Below are positions 11,201 through 20,285 of a DNA stretch of 64,000 bases, in pieces. The stretch's first letter is position 1. The number at the start of each line of letters is the position of its first letter. This stretch comes from an uncultured delta proteobacterium (lineage in GTDB: Bacteria; Myxococcota_A; Polyangia; Polyangiales; Polyangiaceae). The position numbers were made by a program, and so were the translations under genes. The stretch spans positions 800,001 through 864,000 of the forward strand of contig CAWDXG010000004.1 in NCBI GenBank assembly GCA_963806225.1, read 5' to 3'. Below the pieces are notes generated by a model that saw only the letters and a program-made list of their open reading frames with translations, had not been told where the DNA came from and did no database searches.

Positions 11201-12500
11201 GCGGCTTGTCGGACAGCTTCGCTTCGAGCTGGAAGTCCGCGCGCGGCGTGTAACCCGAGCGCCGCATCGTTACGAGCTTGCCTCCCTGCTCGATGCGCGC
11301 ATCGGCCAGCGTCGCGATCTTCATGTTCCTGCCGGCGTCGCCCAGGTCCACCGAAAGCGAGAACTCGCCGATGCGCACGGGATCGCCCGAGCCCATCGGA
11401 TAGATGTACTCGAGCGTGCCGTCATTGTCGGGACGGAGCTCGACGTAGCGGAGCACGACGCGGCGAGTGCCGCCCGCGGGCACCGGATAGATGCGCGCGC
11501 GGTAGGTGTGGCTGTCGACCCACTCGAGGATGGCGGGCGAATGGCCGGTGGCTTTTGCCTCGGTGTACTGCGTCGAAGCCTGGTGCCGCTCGGTGAACTC
11601 GCCCTTCACGAGCACGCCGTTCGTCTCCACCGAGAAGCCCGTGACGCTCGCATGCGACGGGACGGTGAACCAGTACCAGCCCTCCACGTCGCGCTGCCCG
11701 GGATTGAAGAAGGTCTGGTCGACGTCGGTTTCGGCCAACCCATCTCGCACGACGGCCTTGACCACCTGGCGGCTGATCTCGAGGCGGCTCGCCTGGTGTC
11801 CGGCCGGCGCCCCCGTGTCGACGCCGTAGATGGTGCCGCTGCCGGCGCCCGGGATGCCGTTTCCAGAGCGGTAGTCGGCCATGCCGCCCGTCCAGTCGTC
11901 CCAGAAGGACAGAGCAGCGACCTTCGGCGCCGCGGCGCCCTTCACCGTCGCCTGCTCGCCCGCGTTGACCTCGACGCGGCCGGCCTTCGACGTGACGATC
12001 GCCATCCCGCGCGCAACGTAGACGATGGTCGCGCCGTGGGCCTTCTTCACGGAAAGTCCCGCATCCGCCGCGGTGACGGTGACGTCGCCTATGTCGTGGA
12101 CCATCGCCTTGCGATCGGTAGGCGGTGCATCCAGCCAGTACTCGCCCTTGTCGAGCGTCACCGAGTCCGCCCCGAGCTTCACCGCGCTGCCGTCGCGCAT
12201 GAAGATCGTCGAACCGTCGGGCAGCCGCACCAGCGCACGGGCGCCCTTGCCGGTCGAGAGCTTGGCGTTGGCAAGGAGCGCTGTGCCGCTGATGGCGTGC
12301 TGCTCGCCCTTGCCCATGTCGAGCAGCACGTCGCCAGCGGCGAGCTCGAGCCGCGCCTGGATGGCCGGCGCTTTCCTCGGCGGCGCCGGGCGCGTGGCCA
12401 CGTACGCCACCACCGCACCGCACATCGCCAGCGCGAGCACGCCGAGCATCCAACGCAACGCTTTCCGCGATGTCTTCTTTCCGATCGTCGTCTCGCTCAT
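8271..12500 (-). CDS. Large membrane-anchored FecR-like + VIT + vWA + TPR protein
   Basis: N-terminal TM helix; FecR-like region (ALVRLPDGS...VARG); VIT (AETDVDQTFFNP...EGWYWFTVP...YRARIYPVP); vWA (VVVVVDTSAAG, VVYVGDG); LWAAEY...GLMTPYTSIL; TPR-like C-terminus. Start ATG 12500 follows a GGAGG RBS. Confidence 0.85.
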   Translation of the reverse strand: MSETTIGKKTSRKALRWMLGVLALAMCGAVVAYVATRPAPPRKAPAIQARLELAAGDVLLDMGKGEQHAISGTALLANAKLSTGKGARALVRLPDGSTIFMRDGSAVKLGADSVTLDKGEYWLDAPPTDRKAMVHDIGDVTVTAADAGLSVKKAHGATIVYVARGMAIVTSKAGRVEVNAGEQATVKGAAAPKVAALSFWDDWTGGMADYRSGNGIPGAGSGTIYGVDTGAPAGHQASRLEISRQVVKAVVRDGLAETDVDQTFFNPGQRDVEGWYWFTVPSHASVTGFSVETNGVLVKGEFTERHQASTQYTEAKATGHSPAILEWVDSHTYRARIYPVPAGGTRRVVLRYVELRPDNDGTLEYIYPMGSGDPVRIGEFSLSVDLGDAGRNMKIATLADARIEQGGKLVTMRRSGYTPRADFQLEAKLSDKPPPLRLARFKAGGDSADYVLARYTPDVDFSKQKQPRGDVVVVVDTSAAGDEASRQLKASTAEAILRALSDDDRFALVALDVKATVLHPAKGLAPASDQEISKALEALADHSSGGATDLSSLFDVSLARLHGTEQPAVVYVGDGIATSGDMSGEQLVERLRRALGTSRARLFTVAVGMDADMGLLAELARAGGGRMLRVDEAEETTSTALQLAAALKVPTITDLDIDLGAGLDDVFTSASGKVSRGSQVTVLARTHHDLPSKVKVKGRLGGTPFTKEYDVEKDKGVLTAFVPRLWAAEYVRRLLGQDTGADAERGRIVSLGMTYGLMTPYTSILALESEAAYSEMGIPRKHSKLRGVELTSLDARSERELAAMLNASPVSVTFGCDRFEPGSGNKEQTVAARQVEQKQEGQGMRAKSEPNQRYAVAPAAKPQSAAAAPVPQAAPVPSVVAEPEEKAANDQGDRPKDEAKMAPRKHYAPSRHGSRTGRVGGGLGGLDARRPKGGSGALALLGKNKNAEGDGEQSDEPSDTLQAGKLDLDERKPVQVATCSDAAARPLAQRVLLWRKRLRTAKSAGELIARYEAARRACELGNWRAERTFIELLEKHVDNEGAVGVVLGHFRARPEVEKFLAKLILRRSVDPRMVAAVERVLFGSSVSWDKADLELSAIADLDKRIQKLREYIARAPEDPNGGIRLVKLLVEAGHKDEALAIGRRLRDQGLMTPHIAQQLGDVLAGAGLSDEAVRTYSEIVEFDPESIASRRLLGDIYLGHGWDDPAYRQYQTITEEAPDDALGWLRLAAAAAGAGRVDEALRIERKVSSAQGNPGPTDPRRWARLWSAERLAGLLETPPKAAPGQPSVDPKRRAASIKRELKQLQLFSGPGTLVLLTWQQLDQNVLLVERLDGKDVGLGEVTDAARAGLSSALLSTSDAARAGFVARLRSEPGERPVALRRTDIAWNGKDFTVHVEKKNLPAGATEIEL

Positions 12501-12672
12501 CTCGTCCTCCGCCTCGTCCGACTCACGCGCGCGCGACACCTTGGGCAACAAAGCACCTGGGTGGCCTCCCCGTTCGAGCTCCCGCGAGCCCGGATGTTCC
12601 GCCGAAAGCGCGCCGCGCCGCAAGGGCCCGCCCGAAGCAGGCCTGCGCGCGGCATATCGGCCGTGACACGCG

Positions 12673-14148
12673 CTAGCGACCGAGGTCGAAAGCGTCGGCG
12701 GCGTTCTGCCGCACCTGCGCCTTGCCGGCGTGCGTCTGGGCAGGCCCGCCCGCCGGTGCCGCTGCGGCGGGCGCCTCGAAGCCTTGCTCGGCCTTGCCCA
12801 GCACGTTGGCCTGGTGCTCGAAGTCCGCGGCTACTTCCTTCTTGCGCGGCTTCGGCGCGGACTTCTCGGCCACTGCGCGCTGGTGCCGCAGCGCATCGAG
12901 GCGCGTCGCGAGCTTGCGTTTGGCCTCGCCTGCGTTCCCCGTGGCAAACAGGTGATTGGCTTCGCGCAGCGTGGACGCCGTTTCGCTGCGTTCGACGCGG
13001 CCCTGCACCAACGGGTCCACCGGCGAAGCGTCGGAAGGATCGCTGACCAGCAACGCCGCCAGGCTACCACGGCAGCTCCCCGGCGAGCGCGCATCGAGAT
13101 CGTCGTAGTCGAGCTTCACGTCCGCGATCGCGCGCTGTCCCGCCGCCCCGCGCGGCACGTGCACGCGCACGAGCAGCGTCTTGGTGTCGCCTGCTGCGAA
13201 GCTGCCCATCGGCACCACGATGCGATCCCCATCGCGCTGGAAGCTGCGGTCGAACACCTGCTCCACCTCGACTCCCGGTGCGAGCGCGATCGTCAGATTC
13301 GTGTCCTTGGTTACCGTGTGGACCAGCGACTGGAGCTCCTTGTCGAACACCGCGGACAGGGCGGACGGGTTCTCGACGAAGTAATGCTCGCCGTTCGATT
13401 CCTGCGCCAGCGCCGTCATGACGCGCTCGTTGTAGTCGACGTCCACGCCGATGGTGCTGATCGCCGCACCCAGATGGCGCACGGTGGACGCAATACGACG
13501 GAACCCCTCGACGTCCCTGACGCCGGCCGTGGCCTCGCCGTCGCTGAGCAGCAGCATGCGCTCGACCATCCCGCCCCTCTTCCGCAGCATGTCCATGCCC
13601 GCGTCGATGCCGCACGAGATGCAGGTATCGCCGCGCGCGACGAGGCCGCTGATGGCGGCTATCGCGCGTTCACGCGAAGAGGCATCGATGGTCGTCGACG
13701 GCACCAGCGTCTCGGTCTGCGTGTTGTAGGCGATCACGCTCACCACGTCACCGTCGCGCAGGCGCCGGATCATGCCCTGCGCCGCCGCGACGGCGTTGTC
13801 GAGCCGCTTGCCTTTCATCGACCCGGAGCGATCGATCACGATGGAGAGCTCGAGCGGCGACGGCGTGCTGGCCACGCTGTCGGCCCCGGCCTTGACCGAA
13901 ACCGACACGAAGGTCTGGTTGTCCTGTCCGGCGACGAGGCGCGCGTTGCCCAGCCGCCCCTCCATCATCAACGTCCTGCCGACCGTGAAGCGCGAGTGGT
14001 CGGGGCCGGGCTGGATGGGCCCGGCAATCGTGGCAATGGGGCCGGGCTCGGGCTCCACGCTCGCGCCCTTCGGCGTGAGCGACCAGACCGTCAGGCTCGT
14101 CAGCATCATCCCCGCCGCCGCCAGAACAGATACACTCCGCACCTTCAT
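12673..14148 (-). CDS. vWA domain protein (YfbK/Ca-activated chloride channel homolog type) with an N-terminal signal or anchor
   Basis: Intact MIDAS IDRSGSM; LLSDG; STIGVDVDYNE. Confidence 0.88.
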   Translation of the reverse strand: MKVRSVSVLAAAGMMLTSLTVWSLTPKGASVEPEPGPIATIAGPIQPGPDHSRFTVGRTLMMEGRLGNARLVAGQDNQTFVSVSVKAGADSVASTPSPLELSIVIDRSGSMKGKRLDNAVAAAQGMIRRLRDGDVVSVIAYNTQTETLVPSTTIDASSRERAIAAISGLVARGDTCISCGIDAGMDMLRKRGGMVERMLLLSDGEATAGVRDVEGFRRIASTVRHLGAAISTIGVDVDYNERVMTALAQESNGEHYFVENPSALSAVFDKELQSLVHTVTKDTNLTIALAPGVEVEQVFDRSFQRDGDRIVVPMGSFAAGDTKTLLVRVHVPRGAAGQRAIADVKLDYDDLDARSPGSCRGSLAALLVSDPSDASPVDPLVQGRVERSETASTLREANHLFATGNAGEAKRKLATRLDALRHQRAVAEKSAPKPRKKEVAADFEHQANVLGKAEQGFEAPAAAAPAGGPAQTHAGKAQVRQNAADAFDLGR

Positions 14149-14326
14149 CGCGCGTCTCCCCGGGCCAGGCCCGCCGGAATCGAAAACCCAACGATACGAG
14201 CCCGCCCCAGCTTACAGCCGGCGCGCGCTCCCAGTTGTACGTACGGAGCCCTCGAGGGATCTCCGCCGGTGGCGCGCCTGGATGATTCGCCAAGGATAAC
14301 GCGAATCTAGCAGCCGACCTGGCAGG

Positions 14327-15397
14327 CTAGCGGCGTCGCTTCCGCGGCGCCTCGACGACGTGGACGTCGCTGCCGAGCGTGTCCTGCACGCGGCGGTGGA
14401 GGGTACGCGGCGCTTTTTCGAGCTCGCGGCGGATCTCGGCCAGGGGCCGCTTCGGGATGCCGATGTGGCAGACAGGCTCGCCGGGGCGGATCACTGGCAG
14501 CGTCGTCATGCCCAGCACGATGCCACCGACGGACGCCCGCACAGCCGGGCTCTCGTCGCGGAAGAAGCCATCGCAGGTCGCCAGCGCCGCGCCCTCGTCG
14601 ACCAGCGATCCCGGCGCTACGTGGAAACGCAGGAGGCCGCCCCACTGCGAGCGTATCCAGCGGCTGTGTTCGACGGTAGTCTGGTAGGCCGGACGCACAG
14701 GCCGGGTACCGATCATCCCGAGGTGGGACAACACGTTGTGTACGCCGCGGACGCCCAGCTCTACGACACCCGGCTCGATCTTGAGCGCTTCACCCGCCTC
14801 GACATTGATGGTGGGAACCCCATGCTCGCACGCCACCTGCCTCAGCGAGTGATCGTCGCCCTTCTTGTCGACCGTCACCTCGCAGCCGAACCACTGGGCA
14901 AGCTTCGAGAGCGCGGGCTGCGAGAGATCGGCCCGTACGTGCGGGAAGTTCGTCCGGCCGTGCGCGGCGCTGTGCAGGTCGATGCCGTAGTCGGAGCGCT
15001 GGATTACCTCGTTGAAGATCACGTTCGCGAGCCGGAAGGCGAGGCTGCCTGCTGCATCGCCGGGGAAGCTCCGGTTCAGGTCGCGGCGGTCCGGCAGGTA
15101 GCGGCTGTGCCGTTCGAAACCGAATACGTTGACCACTGGCACCAGGATCAAGGTGCCAGCGTCGAGCTCGAGCTTCTGGAACATCAGGGCACGGATGACG
15201 CCGGTGCCGTTGAGCTCGTCGCCGTGCACGGCGCCCGTCACGAACACGCTCGGGCCCTTGCGCCTGCCGCGCACCACGCGCACCGGCACGCTCACCGGGA
15301 CCCCCATCGACGTCTCGCTGACCTTGAGTGCAATGTCCCGCGTCTCGCCCCGGCGTACCCGGTTGTCACCGATGATGAACGGCTCCGCGCCGCTCAT
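14327..15397 (-). CDS. Succinylglutamate desuccinylase/aspartoacylase family (M14-like) protein
   Basis: GAVHGDELNG, RDLNRSFPG, IDLH, EAGE; biotinyl-like C-terminal hairpin. Confidence 0.9.
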   Translation of the reverse strand: MSGAEPFIIGDNRVRRGETRDIALKVSETSMGVPVSVPVRVVRGRRKGPSVFVTGAVHGDELNGTGVIRALMFQKLELDAGTLILVPVVNVFGFERHSRYLPDRRDLNRSFPGDAAGSLAFRLANVIFNEVIQRSDYGIDLHSAAHGRTNFPHVRADLSQPALSKLAQWFGCEVTVDKKGDDHSLRQVACEHGVPTINVEAGEALKIEPGVVELGVRGVHNVLSHLGMIGTRPVRPAYQTTVEHSRWIRSQWGGLLRFHVAPGSLVDEGAALATCDGFFRDESPAVRASVGGIVLGMTTLPVIRPGEPVCHIGIPKRPLAEIRRELEKAPRTLHRRVQDTLGSDVHVVEAPRKRRR

Positions 15398-16584
15398 GAC
15401 GCCGCGCTCGAGCGCGCGCGCGGCGCCTTCTTCTTGCGCCGCCGGCGCTTGTCCGTCGGAATCAGCCCCTTGAGCGTGATGAGCTTGCCGAAGCAGAGCA
15501 GCACGTCACCCGGCAGGATCTCGCTGTCGCCGCGGGGATTCGGCAGGACCACGCTGCCGCGCTTGATGCTGAGGACCTGCACGTCGCGGTCGCGCAGCTC
15601 CGACTCGCGCAGGGTGACGTGCGAAAGCTCCGAGCCCTGCACGACCGGGAACTCGGCGACGCCGTAGCCGCTTTTGAGCGTCAGGCGCTGGCGCAGGTCG
15701 AGCTCCGGAAACAGCACCTGCTCTTCCAGGAGCTCGACCATCGCGTCCGCAACGTCGATGCCCGTCGCGGTCTCGATGCCCTCGAGCCCGGGCGAGGAGT
15801 TGACCTCCATGATCTGCGGACCGTCGTCGCTTTCGAGCATGTCCACGCCGGCAACGCGCAGACCCATGATCTGCGCGGCGTGGATCGCCGTCCGTTCGTA
15901 GAGCGGATCCAGCTCTGCCGGCTCGGCACGCCCGCCGCGATGCACGTTGCTACGGAACTCCTCGCCGGTTGCCATGCGCCGCATCGCGGCCACGACGCGG
16001 TCGCCTACTACGAAAGCGCGCATGTCGCGGCCCTTGCTCTCCTTCACGAACTTCTGGATGAGCACGTTCTGCCGGGCGCTCTGCAGGGTCTCGATGATGG
16101 CCTCGGCGATCTTGTTGTTGTCGGCCAGGATGACGCCGATGCCCTGCGTGCCTTCCAGGAGCTTGATGATCACCGGCGCCCCGCCGACCTGCTCGATGGC
16201 CGGCAGCACGCCTACGCGATCGCGAACGAACGCGGTCGGCGGAACGCCGATCTGGTGGCGGCTGAGCACCTGGCTCGAGCGCAGCTTGTCGCGCGATACG
16301 GTGATCGCCTGCGAGGAGTTGAGCGTGAACACGCCCATCTGCTCGAACTGGCGCACGACGGCCGTGCCGAAGTGCGTGACGGAGGCTCCAATGCGCGGGA
16401 TGACAGCGTCGTAGCGGCTGAGCCGCCGCGAGCGGTAGAACAGATCCGGCTCCCCTGACTCGACCAGCATGCTGAAGCGCAGCGTGTTCAGGATCTTGAC
16501 CTGGTGGCCACGCCGCACGCACGCCTCCCGGAGCCGCCGCGTGCTGTAGGCGCGCGGGCTGCGCGACAGGATCGCGATCTTCAT
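15394..16584 (-). CDS. rimK: RimK alpha-L-glutamate ligase (ATP-grasp) with a C-terminal TrkA-C (RCK_C) domain
   Basis: MKIAILSR...DAVIPRIGAS...SRDK...KLLEGTQGIGV...EFRSNVHRGG...EVNSSPGLEGIE; the tail TLRESELRDRDVQVLSIKRG...NPRGDSEILPGDVLLCFG is TrkA-C-like. Confidence 0.93.
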   Translation of the reverse strand: MKIAILSRSPRAYSTRRLREACVRRGHQVKILNTLRFSMLVESGEPDLFYRSRRLSRYDAVIPRIGASVTHFGTAVVRQFEQMGVFTLNSSQAITVSRDKLRSSQVLSRHQIGVPPTAFVRDRVGVLPAIEQVGGAPVIIKLLEGTQGIGVILADNNKIAEAIIETLQSARQNVLIQKFVKESKGRDMRAFVVGDRVVAAMRRMATGEEFRSNVHRGGRAEPAELDPLYERTAIHAAQIMGLRVAGVDMLESDDGPQIMEVNSSPGLEGIETATGIDVADAMVELLEEQVLFPELDLRQRLTLKSGYGVAEFPVVQGSELSHVTLRESELRDRDVQVLSIKRGSVVLPNPRGDSEILPGDVLLCFGKLITLKGLIPTDKRRRRKKKAPRARSSAAS

Positions 16585-16594
16585 GACGCCCTCC

Positions 16595-17117
16595 TCACTT
16601 GGCACCCTCCCCGGCTGGCGCGCCGCTTCTGGTCGAGCGTGGCGCCGTCCCCTTCTTCTTCTTCTTCCTGCCCCCGGACCGCCTGGGCTGATCGAGAAGA
16701 TAGCGCCGCCCGGTGTCGACGAGGAAGTCATGCGCCAAGGCAGAACGGCCGATCAGCATCCGGAAGATCATCTTCCCCCGATCGACCAGGCTAAGCTCGA
16801 TATCCTTCTCGACCGGACCGATCCGTACGCGGGCGTGAACGAAGATGCGGGTCTGGGCGTCGCCGCTGCTCGGCTTGACCCGGCCGTGGCGCAGAATCGG
16901 CGCCTCCACCGTGACGCGACGGTCCAGGTGGCGGCGATGCAGCCGGACGTTCGAACCTCACCCGGCCGTAGTCGACCTCACGGATGTTCTCGACGTGCAG
17001 TGCGCTGGTACGCGCGCCGGTGTCCATCTTCGCGCGCATGCGCGCGATGTTCCACTCGGGGATGTCGACCAGCTCCGCCCATCCGATCACCATCGGGTCG
17101 TGATGTTCCGCTGCCAC
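16595..17117 (-). CDS. RimK-associated retropepsin-like protease ('ATP-dependent Zn protease', RimB-like); one frameshift near 16950
   Basis: IGWAELV...AKMDTGARTSALH in ORF 16791..17117 continues as ...IELSLVDRGKMIFRMLIGRSAL in ORF 16595..16909. Removing one A in TTCGAACGTC restores a single frame. Confidence 0.85.
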
Positions 17118-17128
17118 GACCGGTCACA

Positions 17129-18462
17129 CTAGCGCTTCCAGGGACGACCCGCTTGACGAATCGGCCGGCGGGCAGCGGCGCGTCGGCGCTCTCGTGGTTC
17201 AGCAGGACGAGCCGGTCGAGACCCGTGCGGCTCGAGGAAAGGCGCCGGAGCGTGGTGGAGTGCCGCAACCGGACCACGGACAACCGGCCGGGATGCACCT
17301 CGGAGAGGGCCGGGTCCCGGATCGGTGACAGACCGCCCAGCACATGCCTGTCGGACGCCTGCCCGCCACCGATCAACAGGAAAGCGTGGCCCCGCGCTTC
17401 GAAAAGCGCGAATTCGACGGCATTCCTTTCGCCGGCAATCGGCTGTCGCACCAGCGCGGAGAAGCCCGCAACGCGCTCGTGGACCAGCTCGTCGTGACGC
17501 ACATCGTCGTCGAAGAACGCCGCCCGCGCTCCTGCGATAGTCGCATGGCGCGTGCGGAACAGGAGCATGAGCTCGTGCCCCCCCGGCGCGTGCGCGACCA
17601 GCGTACCGTCCTCGACGCTGGAGCTCCATCCATCGGGGAGCCGCAAACTGAAGCCTGCGTCCGGACGCACGAAGCGATCCTCGTCGACGTAGCCGTGTCG
17701 CGGATCGTCGCCGTATTCGAGCCCGTCGATCGCCGCCAGGTAGCTGGCCCGCGCCCGGCGGCCGCGCGGCAGAGGCAGAGCGGCCCGCGCTGCGCGTGCG
17801 ATACGCGCCGTCGTGGACGGATGGTCGTCCCACAGCGACGAAGCGCCATGATCGCCCTCTGCTTGCTCGACCTCGGCGAGCGCGGAAAGCATCCCGGCCA
17901 CGGCGCGCGGCTCGTAGCCGGCAGCGGCCACGTAGCGTACCGCGAGCTGGTCGGCCTCGCGCTCGTTGTCGCGCGAGCGCTCGTAGAAGTGGATCAGGTC
18001 GGCGCGCGTCGGCTCGTAGGGCTGCTCTTCCAGCCAGGAGTGCTCGGCGAGCGAGTGACGCGCGGTGACGTGACCGATCTCGTGTCCGAGCACGGCCGCC
18101 AGCTCCGCCTCCGAGCCGAGCTCGGCGAGCATCCCGCGGGTAACGTAGACGTAGCCGCCCGGAAACGAGAAGGCATTGACGGCAGAGCGGTCGAACACGC
18201 GGAAAGTCCAGCGGCAAGAGCTCTGCTGCGTCTGTCGCGCGACGCGCCCGCCCACCTCCTGCACGTAGCTATCAACCCGCGCATCGCGGTACAGCTCGTA
18301 GCGACGGCGGAGCGCGGCGTCGATCCAGCGGCCCATCTTCTCCTCGCTGTGCGCGCGCGGGCACGCCGCCTGGGTGCCGTGCGGTTGCACGCGCCGGGGC
18401 GGCCGGATCGGCGTGCTGCAGGCCGCAAATGCCATGAGCGCGAGCGCTCCGGCGCGTCTCAC
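17129..18462 (-). CDS. M48 family Zn metalloprotease lipoprotein (BepA/YfgC-like); probable terminal frameshift
   Basis: Lipobox FAAC; VNAFSFPGGYVYVTRG; HEIGH; EREAD; DHP. The GTG at 18462 overlaps the upstream TGA. The frame reads on to 16978 across the next gene, but a TAG at 17129 in another frame is the more plausible end. Confidence 0.85.
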
Positions 18463-19619
18463 TTCGCCTTCTCCACCTTGACGACGAGATCCACCGTGTG
18501 ATGCTTCGCGTCCAGGTGCGGGTCGGGGTCCACGTCGAGCGAAGCGTGGCCGCGCCACAGATGATAGTCGCGGATGCGTTCGAGCCCGGCCAAGAACCGC
18601 GATCGGTTGAACACCTCGCCGCGCTTCATGCCGAGTAGCTTCCGGTACGTGGCGGAGCTGGCGACCAGTCGGCCGTGGAACCTGAGCTGTCCGAGCTGGA
18701 ACACCGGGCCCTCGTCCACGCGGAGATGGACCGTCAGCTTGTGGTTGTCGTGCAGCGTGACGCGCGGTTCGCCGATCTGCGCTGCGAGCATGCCGCGGTC
18801 GTAGTAGACCGCCGAGAGCCAGACCTTGTCCTGCTCGAGCAGGTCGGCGCGGTAGGGCTTGCCGGGCGCATTGACCTTGCCGCCGCCGGTGTGGAGCGCT
18901 CCCACCAGCGTGGCGTCGTCGACCCTCTGGTTACCGTCGAACACGACGCGGTCGACGACGAACCGCGGGCCGCGCTCTGCCAAAATGCACAGATCCACCG
19001 TGTGCGCGTCCACGGCCCGGCCGCGCACCTCGGCCCGCGCCGCCAGGTGTCCATCGTCCCGGGCGGCGGAAACGAACGCGGCGGCGCGACGCTGCAGGCG
19101 CGCGGGGTCGTACAGATCGCCGGGGTGCACGCCCAGGCGTGCGTCGTGATCGCCGTCCGTGAAAATGCTACCGACCAGGCGCCGTTCGCGGAGGACGTAC
19201 GCGAGCACCACGCCGCCCGCGTCCGGCTCGACCACGGCGCGCACGCCGGAGAACGCCTCGAGCCGCCAGATGCGCTGCAGGTCGGCGGCCACCACCCGGG
19301 AGTCAAGCGGCTTTCCAGCCTTCATCTGCACCACCCCGCGCACCAGCCTGGGCGGCACCGGTCGGGCGTTGCGGATCACGACACGCGTCACCTTCGTGCC
19401 GGAAGGGATCTCTGCCGCCGGCAGATCGGACCAGTGGGGCGCCGGCAGACCCGCCGCGGCGCAGGCGGGCCCGCGACGATGGGCGACGTTGCGGGCAGCC
19501 GACGTCGAACGCACCGATGCGGAGGGACGCGCCGGAGCACAGGCGCCCATCAGACCAAGCGCGATCAGGGCCGGAAGTACTGCTGGATGCTGGCGTGCCC
19601 GTACAGCCCGGCCATCCAT
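18459..19619 (-). CDS. POTRA-repeat protein (BamA/TamA-type POTRA domains) with no beta-barrel; putative lipoprotein, start uncertain
   Basis: DLQRIWRLEAFSGV; GPRFVVDRVVFDGNQRVDD; YYDRGMLAA...VDEGPVFQLG...GEVFNRS; ends VDLVVKVEKAK with no barrel; GLMGAC resembles a lipobox. Confidence 0.8.
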   Translation of the reverse strand: MDGRAVRARQHPAVLPALIALGLMGACAPARPSASVRSTSAARNVAHRRGPACAAAGLPAPHWSDLPAAEIPSGTKVTRVVIRNARPVPPRLVRGVVQMKAGKPLDSRVVAADLQRIWRLEAFSGVRAVVEPDAGGVVLAYVLRERRLVGSIFTDGDHDARLGVHPGDLYDPARLQRRAAAFVSAARDDGHLAARAEVRGRAVDAHTVDLCILAERGPRFVVDRVVFDGNQRVDDATLVGALHTGGGKVNAPGKPYRADLLEQDKVWLSAVYYDRGMLAAQIGEPRVTLHDNHKLTVHLRVDEGPVFQLGQLRFHGRLVASSATYRKLLGMKRGEVFNRSRFLAGLERIRDYHLWRGHASLDVDPDPHLDAKHHTVDLVVKVEKAK

Positions 19620-20155
19620 CGTCTGCGCTCCCGTTCCATGATGTGCGCGCGTGCCGTGTCGTCCTCGCCGTCGATCCGCACGTGGTGCTTGCGCATGAAC
19701 GCGTACAGCAGCTGGCTCTCGACGAGCTGACGTTGGAGCTCCGCCCGGTATTCCTGTTCGGTCATGCCCGCCGCGCGCACCCGCGCGAGCAGTTCCGCCC
19801 GCTTCATGTGGTTGTGGACCGCGACCAGGGCGAGGGTGCGGTCGACCGCCGCGCGGTCCATCGAGATGCCCGCATCGCGTGCGGCGCGCTCGACCAGGCG
19901 TTCCTCGATCAGACGCTTCATCAACCCGCGGTACAGTTTCCGGAGAGCGCGCTGACGGCGGAGTCCGGGTACCCCCGGCGTCGGGTGCAAGAACGGCGCG
20001 GCACGCCGCCGCAACGCCGACAGCAGGATCGGCTCACCCTCGACGACCGCCACAATCCGGTCGAACACCACCGGCGTCGTGACGTGGGGCTCCGCCCGGG
20101 CAACACCGGAAGAGAGCAGCGCGAACGCCACCGCAGCTGCCAGGCCGTTTCTCAC
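19565..20155 (-). CDS. SurA N-terminal-domain chaperone-like protein (no PPIase domain)
   Basis: Signal peptide; DRIVAVVEGEPILLS...LIEERLV...G(M)TEQEYRAEL. Confidence 0.8.
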   Translation of the reverse strand: MRNGLAAAVAFALLSSGVARAEPHVTTPVVFDRIVAVVEGEPILLSALRRRAAPFLHPTPGVPGLRRQRALRKLYRGLMKRLIEERLVERAARDAGISMDRAAVDRTLALVAVHNHMKRAELLARVRAAGMTEQEYRAELQRQLVESQLLYAFMRKHHVRIDGEDDTARAHIMERERRRWMAGLYGHASIQQYFRP

Positions 20156-20167
20156 GCCGGAACAACT

Positions 20168-20184
20168 AGCAAGCGATGTGCCCG
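20168..20184 (-). promoter_or_regulatory. Sigma54 (-24/-12) promoter
   Basis: Minus strand CGGGCACATCGCTTGCT, i.e. GG-N10-GC with GGCAC and TTGC, ending 13 nt before the GTG at 20155. Confidence 0.75.
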
Positions 20185-20285
20185 CGGTAGCCGGCCTCCA
20201 GAAGCTGCGCGCACCCCCGACTGTGCACCGCCGTTCATGAGGTGTGCGCTCCGGTCACGCTCTGGCGCGCCCAGCCGCTCGCGTC

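Noticed and set aside
16930..16960. Programmed frameshift in the RimB-like gene
   Set aside because: No slippery heptamer; a single-base insertion error explains it.
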